This document shows positions 30,815 to 39,928 of a DNA stretch of 64,000 nucleotides, in pieces (position 1 is the first letter of the stretch; each line of letters begins with the position of its first letter). The DNA lies in assembly GCA_036677065.1 (NCBI GenBank), contig JAKFBS010000001.1:288001-352000 (forward strand), in the 5' to 3' direction. The translations under genes were made by a program, and so were the position numbers. This DNA is from Bdellovibrio sp. (GTDB lineage: Bacteria > Bdellovibrionota > Bdellovibrionia > Bdellovibrionales > Bdellovibrionaceae). The notes under the pieces were generated by a model. The model worked only from the letters and a program-made list of their open reading frames with translations. It searched no databases and was not told the origin of the DNA.

Positions 30815-31540
30815 TTAATAAATAGAATGAAGTTTTTCTATTAACTTTTGTTTGTTAATGAGTTTAATTTCACGACCTTGGGATTGATCAATGTAGCCTT
30901 CTTTTTCAAATTGAGACAATGTGCGAATTACAGTTTCAGGTGTAGTGCCGGCCCACTCGGCGATTTCTTTACGTGTCCAATTTTGATGTTCAAAGTGTTC
31001 TTGTAAAAAAATAAGTGCTTCAGCAATTCGTTCGCTGGCATCTTTATCCATTTGCCCGGTCCATTTTTCTTCGGCAATGCGCAGATCTTTTGATAAGGCT
31101 TCTAAAATTTTTAATGTGACCTGAGGGTAATGTTCAAAAATATCCATCACTACATTTTTAGGAATAAAACACACTTCTGAAGCATCGACAGCAATTGCCG
31201 AAGCCCGATAATCTTCATGAGAAAATAGCGAACGATATCCCAAAGCTGAACCTGGCCCCAGATAACGAAGGGTGTGTGTTTGCCCGTGTTCGCTAGAGAC
31301 TTCTAATTTAACTAATCCTGTAGAAATACTAAATAATCCAAGCGGTTGGTTGCCTTGATAAAAAATGGTCTGTTGGGGTTTAAACGTAGTTTTTTGCTTT
31401 GCTGCTTCTAATAAGCGCCAAACATCTGGTGAAGTTGAACAAATAATATTAGACATGCGGTGGTCGCATTTCTCACAAGAAGACGCCGCCTGCGTAGCGC
31501 AGGGCGATTCAACTGTTGGTTTCGGAGCAACTTTCAACAT
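30815..31540 (-). CDS. Crp/Fnr-family regulator with N-terminal Cys cluster
   Basis: C..C...C N terminus, cNMP domain, GTTPETVIR HTH. Confidence 0.9.
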   Translation of the reverse strand: MLKVAPKPTVESPCATQAASSCEKCDHRMSNIICSTSPDVWRLLEAAKQKTTFKPQQTIFYQGNQPLGLFSISTGLVKLEVSSEHGQTHTLRYLGPGSALGYRSLFSHEDYRASAIAVDASEVCFIPKNVVMDIFEHYPQVTLKILEALSKDLRIAEEKWTGQMDKDASERIAEALIFLQEHFEHQNWTRKEIAEWAGTTPETVIRTLSQFEKEGYIDQSQGREIKLINKQKLIEKLHSIY

Positions 31541-32124
31541 GGAATTAGTCTAACACAGTACAGGGCTAAAATTGTTAAGAGTTCTACACACCTCATGCTC
31601 AGGACCCCAAATTCGCCCTGTTTCCTGCCTATCCAAAAATGAGGCATTACATAAATTTTATTGAGGTTTCGGGTGATCATTTTACGCAACTAGACCAGTA
31701 CAGTTTTCGTAACAGAAACTTGTGATGCTTAAAAATTACTCCCTAGAATTAAATTCTGAAATAATCTGAAATCCAATTTTCAGGGTCACATTGGCGCTGG
31801 AAAAACCTGTGTGTTGTGGAAAAGTCTGTGGATTTGGTTGATAACTCACTCTCAAAATCAAATATATAACTAAAGAGCTGTTTACGCGCACAGATAATAT
31901 TGCATCGCGCAATACATCGGGGTCTGTACGACACCATGACAGTTGCGATTAAAAATCAGCTAAAAAGTGAAATGATATGACAGATTTAGAGCTAAAACTT
32001 TAGTGATTTTTGGGTCCGTATTTTTGCCACAAAACTTTGTTGATTGAGGAGAATGTGTTTGTGACGGGATGCTGATTTGGTGTTTTCAAAAAAGTGGAGT
32101 ATAATGTTCAAGTACAAACTTAAT

Positions 32125-32477
32125 GGGGGTGTACTGGCTTCGACGTGGGTCGTGAAGCAAAGGGAGCATACCGGGGCGCATGTGGACCTCGATAAAAACG
32201 TGCATATTACAATTGCTAACAACAATTATCAATTAGCAGCTTAGTTCTGTTAACGGATTTGGCGTAGGTCGACGGTGTCGATGCCTGATCCGCCGATAAT
32301 GCCGTCTCGGACTTCACTGGTTTCTCTGGAGTGAAGTCTTAATAGTTATCCAGGGGATTGTTGTTCAGGATTTTGTTTGTGGAGGCCTGAGCAACTTAAT
32401 TAAAACATAAACTAAGTATGTAGCGCCTTTCTGTGGATCTCTTGCGGACCCGGGTTCAATTCCCGGCACCTCCACCA
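32125..32477 (+). ncRNA. ssrA: tmRNA, tag peptide (A)ANNNYQLAA
   Basis: 5' GGGGGTGTACTGGCTTCGAC; tag ORF 32215-32244; 3' GGGTTCAATTCCCGGCACCTCCACCA; TATAAT at 32100. Confidence 0.97.
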
Positions 32478-32705
32478 ATTTTTTTGTTCGATGTTTTTCA
32501 ATAGGACATCGAACGGTTTTCTGTAGTCATATTCGATAGTTCTATCTTTCAATTTTAAGTTCGATAGGACCATTTTCGCTAAACGTGTTCTCTCTAAATC
32601 GTTTCCAGATGTTTGCATGAATGATTTGAAGTGAGAGAAAAGTTCAATTAGTCGTAATCCCTGAGTATATGTTTTGTGATCGGCTTCGTTGTAAGCAGCA
32701 ATCGC
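32412..32705 (-). pseudogene. C-terminal remnant of a large serine recombinase
   Basis: Open frame from an in-frame stop at 32706-32708: IAAYNEADHKTYTQGLRLIELF...AKMVLSNLKLKDRTIEYDYRKPFDVLL...WWR, running antisense into the tmRNA 3' end; no catalytic domain. Confidence 0.7.
32437..32482 (+). repeat. att core copy 1 (tmRNA 3' end), 46 bp
   Basis: ATCTCTTGCGGACCCGGGTTCAATTCCCGGCACCTCCACCAATTTT, identical to 42792-42837. Confidence 0.95.
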
Positions 32706-32728
32706 TTATAGAAAAGCGGGGCTTTAGA

Positions 32729-33103
32729 ATGAATTTAAAATCATCATCTATTAAAGCTGTAGTTCATTTATTGATTTCAATTGGCGTAATTTCAGCATTC
32801 ATAATCTTCGCATTTTCGAATAAGTGTGAAGCGTCAAGTGCATTAAGCTTGGTTTATGCAATAGGTCTTTTCCTATTAGCCTTGTTAGGGATTTCAGCCG
32901 TCGTAGGTAAAGAAAAAATTCGTGAAATTAAAGGATTATTTTCACATTTTGTAAAAGCAATTAAGCCTGAAGAAGATGGAATCATTCACTCGTTAGCGAA
33001 ACACGATAATGCTATTTACTGTATTACTTTTATCATTGCTATCATAATCATAGCTCTGATTGTTCTAGTTCTAAATAGACATGTGATCGTGGCAAATTTT
33101 TAG
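32729..33103 (+). CDS. Small membrane protein
   Basis: Three hydrophobic helices; start probably ATG 32729 (MNLKSS). Confidence 0.55.
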   Translation: MNLKSSSIKAVVHLLISIGVISAFIIFAFSNKCEASSALSLVYAIGLFLLALLGISAVVGKEKIREIKGLFSHFVKAIKPEEDGIIHSLAKHDNAIYCITFIIAIIIIALIVLVLNRHVIVANF

Positions 33104-34390
33104 CTAAGTTTCCAGCGCTTCAATTTGTAGGGGTATTTTCACTATGCCCGCAGTGACAAATTTAAGATATTCAGCTTTTTTATCCGCGTTGGATTCAAAT
33201 AAATTATTTAATCCAGTTGCGACGTCCCATGCGTAGTTCGAAGAATTAAATCCCTCATAAATCGCTACCGCTATTTCCTCATCTATAACATTAACCTCTA
33301 GATATTTGATAACTAATGAAGCTTTTGAATTTGCATAGACAAAATTCTCAAATAAATCACCAGTAATTTTTTGTTTCAAGAATTTGTAGAAGCCTATATT
33401 TTTTAATAATATATCTTCATGTGGTTCTGATTTAAATGACCTTGCTCTCGAATATACTATCTCAAAAAGTTCGGGATAGTCAGATTCATCTATAAGTTTT
33501 TCCGAAATTATGCTTACTAATAAAGGTATGTCTTTTTTTGAAAGTTTAAAAAGCTCGTCGTGCCATAATTTGCGAGTAAGAGTTGGAAATCCATTCAGTA
33601 TCTGAACTTTAGATGGATGCAGACGAAGAAACTTAAATGCGCGCGATTCATTTTTAAGGATAAAAATAGAACAAGCATCTCTAACATTTTGAGTTGCGAT
33701 TTCAAAGACTCTATTGGAAAAGTTATAAAAATTAATATTTTTAGTGCCAAATACGAAAGTTAAAGATGAGTCATCAGACTTTAGTTCATTGAAAATTGTT
33801 GTAAAAAAATTAGGTAGCTCTGTAGCAAGTACCGCATTTGCTATATCAGAAACTAAATAGTCAGGATTAACTCCAGGTTTAGTTCTTGATGGATCGTAGT
33901 GAACTTTTATTTTTTCAATAAGACTGTCTTTACTTCCGTTAACTACAATTTTAGATAAATTTGTCCGTAAAAAAAATAAAAATGTTCTCACGTGGGCAGC
34001 TTCAATATGGCTATCTTTGGCGTGAGCGCAATCGTTTCTACGGTCTTTCCAAAATCTGATTTGCAGCCTGATGTCTTCACTCAAGATAAACACTGGAGCT
34101 GGCTTAATTTGTACGAGCGCTTCAAGCACTGCTTTATCCCATATATCGGGACCATTAGCTTTATCCTGTATTGTTCGCCAATGTGTGCCGTCAAAGCCTA
34201 CTGGCGCCTTTGCTGTAGTAATGCGTTCACGAATAATATTTGAAAACAATAGATGCGAAAAAAGTAGAGCGGCACTAAAAGCCTCATTGTGATAGCATTT
34301 TTTAGCCTCTACAAATAGACGTTTTGATTCTGCTGATAGACCCTGAGACAATATCCAGGTTTCAAAATTTTGATCCACGAATTTCTCCAA
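33104..34390 (-). CDS. HEPN-like domain protein
   Basis: N-terminal EAKKCY...AALL helix and RRNDCAH (RxxxxH) motif. Confidence 0.6.
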   Translation of the reverse strand: MEKFVDQNFETWILSQGLSAESKRLFVEAKKCYHNEAFSAALLFSHLLFSNIIRERITTAKAPVGFDGTHWRTIQDKANGPDIWDKAVLEALVQIKPAPVFILSEDIRLQIRFWKDRRNDCAHAKDSHIEAAHVRTFLFFLRTNLSKIVVNGSKDSLIEKIKVHYDPSRTKPGVNPDYLVSDIANAVLATELPNFFTTIFNELKSDDSSLTFVFGTKNINFYNFSNRVFEIATQNVRDACSIFILKNESRAFKFLRLHPSKVQILNGFPTLTRKLWHDELFKLSKKDIPLLVSIISEKLIDESDYPELFEIVYSRARSFKSEPHEDILLKNIGFYKFLKQKITGDLFENFVYANSKASLVIKYLEVNVIDEEIAVAIYEGFNSSNYAWDVATGLNNLFESNADKKAEYLKFVTAGIVKIPLQIEALET

Positions 34391-34619
34391 ATTGATTTTC
34401 CTTATTTTGATTAAAAAATCAGAATAGTGTAACTAATATTTTATTGATACGTACGTTGGTATGGTTAAAATAAAAACTTGGTTCAATACAGAATATCTTA
34501 GTCGTATATTGAATTGTAATGGTTGAGTTCTGTTTGCAAAGAGTTAATATTAAACAGTCTTTATTAGGTTTAAAGCTTTGCTGTATTTAATGGTCTACGG
34601 TAGTGTAACTGGAGAGTAA

Positions 34620-35108
34620 ATGAATCCAAAAATCAAAAAAATTAGCTATAAAATCTATCTTTCTGTTCAAGTAAGCATTTTGGTAATTGGAATTGGCGCT
34701 TTTCTGTGGAACGTGGTTGCTGCAATACACGATTTAAATATTTCTGCTAAAGGTAAAGCCTGTGTGGAAAGTGCTCTTGGGCCGGAAGTGTTTGAAAATG
34801 TTAATCCACAGTTAAAGTCAGCTCGTTGGACAGATTATGTTGAGTGGTACGCGGAACATCGAGATCACCCGTATAAAATGTATGCCATCAAGGAACTATT
34901 AGAAAGAAAATGCTCAGAGTACTTAAATGTTAGCATTTATAAATCTCTTAATACTGTTGGCGTATACACAAATAATTATATTGATGGTTATCCCGCTACA
35001 ATCTACGAGAGACTGGAATACATTGGCTTAAGTATTCTCATTCCTGGATTTTTAATGTCACTTCTATTTGGGCTGTCAAAATGGATCTCTTGGCTATTGA
35101 ATGATTAA
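34620..35108 (+). CDS. Two-TM hypothetical protein
   Basis: N- and C-terminal TM helices, GGAG RBS. Confidence 0.6.
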   Translation: MNPKIKKISYKIYLSVQVSILVIGIGAFLWNVVAAIHDLNISAKGKACVESALGPEVFENVNPQLKSARWTDYVEWYAEHRDHPYKMYAIKELLERKCSEYLNVSIYKSLNTVGVYTNNYIDGYPATIYERLEYIGLSILIPGFLMSLLFGLSKWISWLLND

Positions 35109-35130
35109 GCTCGATAAAAAGGAACTATGA

Positions 35131-35688
35131 ATGAGTATTGAAATTTTAATAGTTACTTATGCTTTTGTAGTTTTATATAAGTTCTTTTTAAATTTATTTA
35201 GATTTTTTCGTACAAAGCATTTTTTAGATTGGTACAGTTCATGGTTGAAAACTAAAGAGTGGGATCTTGTTCAATATCAAGCGGAAGTGGTGGAGTTATT
35301 TAAAAAAGCGAATGTAACTGACGCTTCAGTACCCGTCGTTGAGCCCGTAGGTTTTGGTAGGGTTATGACGACAACCACTAGCATTTTCATAAACTTTCCT
35401 AGCCAAGATCTAAACACGGCTACCTTACTAATTAGTTGTTTCCATAAAGCTATAGGCGTCTATAGAAGACGAATATGGCAGTCCATAAATCCGTTTTGGT
35501 GGATAGAGTTTTTGATTTTTTTGCCTGTAAATGTAATCAACTATTTAGGGCTATCTTCTGAAAATATCACAACTAAAATATTTCAATTAATTTACTGGGT
35601 TATTGGAGTTGGGTTCACACTGGCACTGTCATTATACCCAGAAACAATCCGTGCAAAAGTTGAACAATTGTTTGAATTGGTAAAGTGA
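35131..35688 (+). CDS. Membrane-associated hypothetical protein
   Basis: 185 aa, AAGGA RBS, hydrophobic termini. Confidence 0.65.
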   Translation: MSIEILIVTYAFVVLYKFFLNLFRFFRTKHFLDWYSSWLKTKEWDLVQYQAEVVELFKKANVTDASVPVVEPVGFGRVMTTTTSIFINFPSQDLNTATLLISCFHKAIGVYRRRIWQSINPFWWIEFLIFLPVNVINYLGLSSENITTKIFQLIYWVIGVGFTLALSLYPETIRAKVEQLFELVK

Positions 35689-35762
35689 ATTAGGATTTAT
35701 ATTGATATATATGGGTAAAAAATTGCTCCAAAACTCTTAAAAAGGTTTGAATTGGCTTAAGA

Positions 35763-36380
35763 GTGGCAAGATTAATTACCAAGATAAGGACGAGTATGCT
35801 TGAGTCGATATGTAATATTATTGAAGCTGTTTGGAATTGGAGTTCTAGTTTTCAACGAGCAGACTATTTTTCATTTTCTGGCGCGATGGTTGCTTTTTCT
35901 TCTTTATGTGTGAGTTACGTAAACTTTCGACGAGATCGTGGACATCTAGATGTAAAAATTGGACTTTGGCATTCTCATGATATCGCGACGGGTGCGCGAA
36001 CGGGCAGTTTTATTCGCATAACTGCTGTAAATTCAGGTCGTCGCCCGATTGTTGCTGACTCAGTCGGAGGGTTCCCTAGGTGGCAATCAATCAAGCGTTT
36101 TTTAAACCGTCGTTTTCCTGATTCTTTTAAGCCTGTTGGCTTTTTTATTGTAGAACAAAAGGTGATTGATGAACTGGTAGATAGATCTACTGGGCGCTAT
36201 AAGACGGTTAAGGAAGGAGATAGCATCCAGATTTCGCTACCGATAACAGGTCCAATTCCTTCTGATAATGCCTTTTCGAAAATGCATAAATTTTATGTGG
36301 GTGATTCAACTGGGAGAGAATATTATGCTCCAGATCATATTTTGAAAAAATTCAAAAAAGATTTAAAATCACATGCATAG
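35763..36380 (+). CDS. Hypothetical protein (N-terminal TM plus beta-rich domain)
   Basis: TM segment then I.AVNSGRRPI motif; start may be ATG 35796. Confidence 0.6.
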   Translation: MARLITKIRTSMLESICNIIEAVWNWSSSFQRADYFSFSGAMVAFSSLCVSYVNFRRDRGHLDVKIGLWHSHDIATGARTGSFIRITAVNSGRRPIVADSVGGFPRWQSIKRFLNRRFPDSFKPVGFFIVEQKVIDELVDRSTGRYKTVKEGDSIQISLPITGPIPSDNAFSKMHKFYVGDSTGREYYAPDHILKKFKKDLKSHA

Positions 36381-36671
36381 TTTAAACCTATGGTCAGACT
36401 TAAAGTAAGTATTACTGATTTCAGAAATGTTCTCTATCGTCCTAAATGTTCTCCAAATTAAGGGAATGACTTAAGACGGTTATTTTATGGAATCGACTTT
36501 AAGTATGCTGTTATGTGCTTTCTAACTAGCTAAAATCATTGATATTGTGGATAATGATTCTAAAGTAAACTGGAGAACAACGGTTGGACATACTGACCCA
36601 GTCCTCCACCATTTTTTTATGCGGAAAACTGCATCCACATGAAATATGTTGAGCCGGGATAATAGGAGAAA

Positions 36672-37679
36672 ATGCAAAAATATATTTTCATTTTTATCTT
36701 TTTTATTCTAATCGGATGTCAATCGAGTCCAACTCAAAATGTAAATTCCGAATCAGACGCTGGGGTGAATCCCAACCATAAAGTTGATATTCAAGAAAAA
36801 TTTTCTCAGCTGAAATCAACGGATATATCCGAATGGCCTGAAGCTGATTTTAAAAACTGTGATTATTATCAAAAAGTAGAAAAAATACTAAAGTGTGCAC
36901 CCCAAGGACACGACTACTTAATTAACTACGGGTATTTCTATTGCAAAGAATTTAAAAAAGAGAGTCAGCGTTGGTCTAAAGAAGCACAACTTTGGACTCA
37001 GAATACAGGCCAATGTTTGCAAGAAATGATAAAAGATAACAAGGAAAAAAGGATTGTCCCTTGTGGTCAAATGGAAGAATTTGCTTTTGATGTCCACCCC
37101 GTGTGTTACAAACAATACAAAATTTGCGATTTGCGAGTAGGTGACATTTATAACATAACTACCACTGTGCGCAGGATTGATCTTTTAACTCGTAGGTCAC
37201 TTAGCCAGATGATAAATGTAGGCTTGGCCTGCTTTGAAAAATATTTTTCTGTTGAAGAGAGCGCAACATTCAATCGAATTGCAATAGTAACCAGAAAATA
37301 TAATCTTCATGATAGAGAAAAAGCTGTTAATGTTTTTCAATTAGCCCCTAGGGAAAGTTTTTCGGCGAGACGAAGTTATTTTAAATATGCTTTGAGTCTT
37401 TTGTTGGGTACAAAAAAATCCCCAGCACCTAATCAAGCGGTTAAAATTTATTCTGATAAATTTGGTAAACCAGCAGTCGAGGGTAGAAGTGACGTGTCTT
37501 TTTTTGACTGCAGTGAATCAGTGGCTTTAAATGGCAAGGAAGCGCATTGTCGAGATGATTATGTCAGAGAATTCAAAGGCCTTTCACAAGTGGAAGCACA
37601 GGGGATTTCAAGTGAAGTAAGTGCGGAAGACTTCGCGCGCGTTGTTGAAACTTTAAAGCGTTGGAGTCAGTACAAATAA
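36672..37679 (+). CDS. Lipoprotein with stanniocalcin-like Cys domain
   Basis: Lipobox LIGC; CDYY..C..DYLINYGYFYC..F..W..CLQ..C..FAFDVHPVCY..IC.L pattern. Confidence 0.6.
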   Translation: MQKYIFIFIFFILIGCQSSPTQNVNSESDAGVNPNHKVDIQEKFSQLKSTDISEWPEADFKNCDYYQKVEKILKCAPQGHDYLINYGYFYCKEFKKESQRWSKEAQLWTQNTGQCLQEMIKDNKEKRIVPCGQMEEFAFDVHPVCYKQYKICDLRVGDIYNITTTVRRIDLLTRRSLSQMINVGLACFEKYFSVEESATFNRIAIVTRKYNLHDREKAVNVFQLAPRESFSARRSYFKYALSLLLGTKKSPAPNQAVKIYSDKFGKPAVEGRSDVSFFDCSESVALNGKEAHCRDDYVREFKGLSQVEAQGISSEVSAEDFARVVETLKRWSQYK

Positions 37680-37728
37680 CTTCTACTTTCTTTGAGTACT
37701 GAGATCGATTCCTTTTTTTATGATCACG

Positions 37729-38307
37729 CTAAGTAAGCGTAAAGCCAATTTCTTTTAGAAGAGTTTGGCACTCGGAATTTAAATTTTCTCTGTAAGGATT
37801 TTTCATTTTTGCTAAGCCAGTTTCAATTATTTCTTTGCTCACCAAATTCAGCGTAAGCAGATTTTTAAGTGCATCACCTGTGCGCCAAGTTTTATCGGCG
37901 CCAAGAAATGCGGTAGACAATTGATGTAGTTTTGTATCGTTAGTTAAAAGCTTTTTAGAATTTTTTTTCGCCAAAATTAATAGTTCGCGATCATAATGGC
38001 TCGATGGAGCTGTATTTGTAGCGGGCAAGCCTTCTTCAAATTTTTGAAATCGTCCGTGTGCCTGTATTTGTTTATCTTGAGGTAGTGTAAGGAGTTGCGT
38101 GTATGTGTTCACATTGTTTAGTAAGAACTCAAATATATCTTTTAGCCTTTCTTCTTTTTGTGAGTCTTTTCGTAGGCGGTGTAATTCTGTTTTAACAATC
38201 TGGTGCAATACGATTTTGCAATCATTGTGTGGATTCTGTAAAATGGCTGGGCAGATAATCGCAAGATGAATGGCAACATTTGTATCGCAGACAATTACTT
38301 CAGACAT
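37729..38307 (-). CDS. PIN-domain protein
   Basis: VCDTN, V..EL, DRELL, LLTND acidic tetrad; starts 1 nt after the peptidase gene stop. Confidence 0.75.
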   Translation of the reverse strand: MSEVIVCDTNVAIHLAIICPAILQNPHNDCKIVLHQIVKTELHRLRKDSQKEERLKDIFEFLLNNVNTYTQLLTLPQDKQIQAHGRFQKFEEGLPATNTAPSSHYDRELLILAKKNSKKLLTNDTKLHQLSTAFLGADKTWRTGDALKNLLTLNLVSKEIIETGLAKMKNPYRENLNSECQTLLKEIGFTLT

Positions 38308-38308
38308 T

Positions 38309-39481
38309 TTATGGTTCTTTTAAACTTGCTAGAGCGGTACTGGCCCATTTATGGAACATTTCTTCGGCGGTTCCGATCTCTACACTAAAAAGCTCTGTAA
38401 ATTTTCGTGCCGTAATAGAGTTATTGATAGCTCCATTTTTAATATGGAAGAAGAATCGCAACAAAATATTTGAATTGATTTCTGAGGATTCCCAAAATTC
38501 TTTAAAGGAATTTAAATTGGTCGGATCGAATTTGTTGAAAGTGGAGATTTCAACATTAGGCATAGATTTATAATTCGCCTCAGCAAGATCAATAATTTTT
38601 TTATGTAGAGGATCTTTTTGTGAGAAATACCCCAATTTTTTTAATCTAATAGCAGAGCTGAATTGGCCTCCGCCAAGTTCATATTTTAAATTGTTAAGTA
38701 AGTTGAGCATGGATTCTTGCGACTTACTTTCAATAATTTTTTTAATATCGTCTTGCCTCAAGTCAAAATAGCTTTGTGGGTATATAAGTTCATCGGCGAC
38801 TGTATTGCAAAAAGTCTCTTCTTCTCTTGAGTAACCGTGATCAGGTCTAAATAGATGACACAATTCATGACAAAGATTAAAAACTAGTAATTCTTCCGGT
38901 GCAGATGAATCAAGGAAAATTAAAAAACGTTGCTCGTTAGTTACTGAGAAAGCTGTTTCGTATTCATCGGGACTTACGAGTCTTAGTTTTTTAAATGGAA
39001 TAATAGCAACTTCAATACCTTGAGAGGATAAGGTGTGAACTGTCGGCTTCAGAAAATTAAAGCTACTTATGTTGCAAGTTTTTCTAATTTGGTCAGCGAC
39101 TTCTTTAGCCGATGTGACTTTAGAGAGATTTGGCGGAAAAAAGTGAGCCTTAGAGTTTAAATAAGTTAGGCTAAAGAGTGTTTTTGATAACTCGATAGCT
39201 TGTTGTTTTACCTCTGGTGGAGGATCTTCTAAATATTTTTTTCTAAAAAAAACTTTATGCTTTGGTAGCATCAAGATGTCATCTAATTCTTGATCGTCTA
39301 AATCTAGAGTTTCTGTTAAGTCCCAAAGATATTTTGAGTAGATATAGCCTTCGTTGACCCAACGTGAAAATGATTTATCGTTAGCTCCAATTTTAGCGGC
39401 TAATTCAAATTGAGAAATCTTGCGTTTATCCAGCGCGATATCAAAGGCTGTCTTATTAAGACGTTGCTTTACATCTTCCAT
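38309..39481 (-). CDS. XRE-HTH / ImmA-IrrE zinc metallopeptidase fusion
   Basis: ISQFELAAKIG...SRW HTH; FNLCHELCH (HExxH) and EETFCN.VA.ELI.P. Confidence 0.85.
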   Translation of the reverse strand: MEDVKQRLNKTAFDIALDKRKISQFELAAKIGANDKSFSRWVNEGYIYSKYLWDLTETLDLDDQELDDILMLPKHKVFFRKKYLEDPPPEVKQQAIELSKTLFSLTYLNSKAHFFPPNLSKVTSAKEVADQIRKTCNISSFNFLKPTVHTLSSQGIEVAIIPFKKLRLVSPDEYETAFSVTNEQRFLIFLDSSAPEELLVFNLCHELCHLFRPDHGYSREEETFCNTVADELIYPQSYFDLRQDDIKKIIESKSQESMLNLLNNLKYELGGGQFSSAIRLKKLGYFSQKDPLHKKIIDLAEANYKSMPNVEISTFNKFDPTNLNSFKEFWESSEINSNILLRFFFHIKNGAINNSITARKFTELFSVEIGTAEEMFHKWASTALASLKEP

Positions 39482-39587
39482 TAGGTTCCTCGGTTTTTAA
39501 GTTACCGCATTATTGTCGGCACAAATCTTATAAAAATCAACTTATGCATGAGATATATTTGCACATAAGCGATTAAATATCCATAAA

Positions 39588-39662
39588 AAGATTAAAATCT
39601 CATTAAAATGTGCATTTTTATGAGATTTTAATCTTGAAATTGACTGTAAAATGGGCTAGTTT
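39588..39662. promoter_or_regulatory. 48-bp palindrome overlapping a sigma70-like promoter
   Basis: AAGATTAAAATCTCAT-T-AAAATG-TG-CATTTT-T-ATGAGATTTTAATCTT (39588-39635); TTGAAA-17-TAGTTT at 39634-39662. Confidence 0.7.
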
Positions 39663-39697
39663 GTTTATAAGTCAATTAACGCTACAAGGAGGTAGTT

Positions 39698-39925
39698 ATG
39701 GCTAGTAAGAAATCAGTTCACACAGTTCCATCTGGAAATGGATGGGCAAACAAACAGGGCGGGAAAGAAATTTCTCATCACCATACAAAGGCCAACGCAG
39801 AGAGTGCCGGACGTCAGCAAGCTAAGCAAAGCCACACTGAGCACGTCATTCATAATAAAAATGGCCAGATCGGCGAAAAGAACAGTTATGGCAATGATTC
39901 GTGTCCACCAAAGGACAAGAGGTAA
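39698..39925 (+). CDS. DUF2188 family protein
   Basis: HTVP..NGW, T...A...GR..AK, IH.KNGQI.EKNSYGND..PP; AGGAGG RBS. Confidence 0.88.
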   Translation: MASKKSVHTVPSGNGWANKQGGKEISHHHTKANAESAGRQQAKQSHTEHVIHNKNGQIGEKNSYGNDSCPPKDKR

Positions 39926-39928
39926 ATT

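Noticed and set aside
31541..32124. oriC
   Set aside because: Few imperfect DnaA boxes and no dnaA/gidA/parAB context.
31749..32225. Track ORFs 31749-31937 and 31992-32225
   Set aside because: No family motifs; the second is antisense to tmRNA and its promoter.
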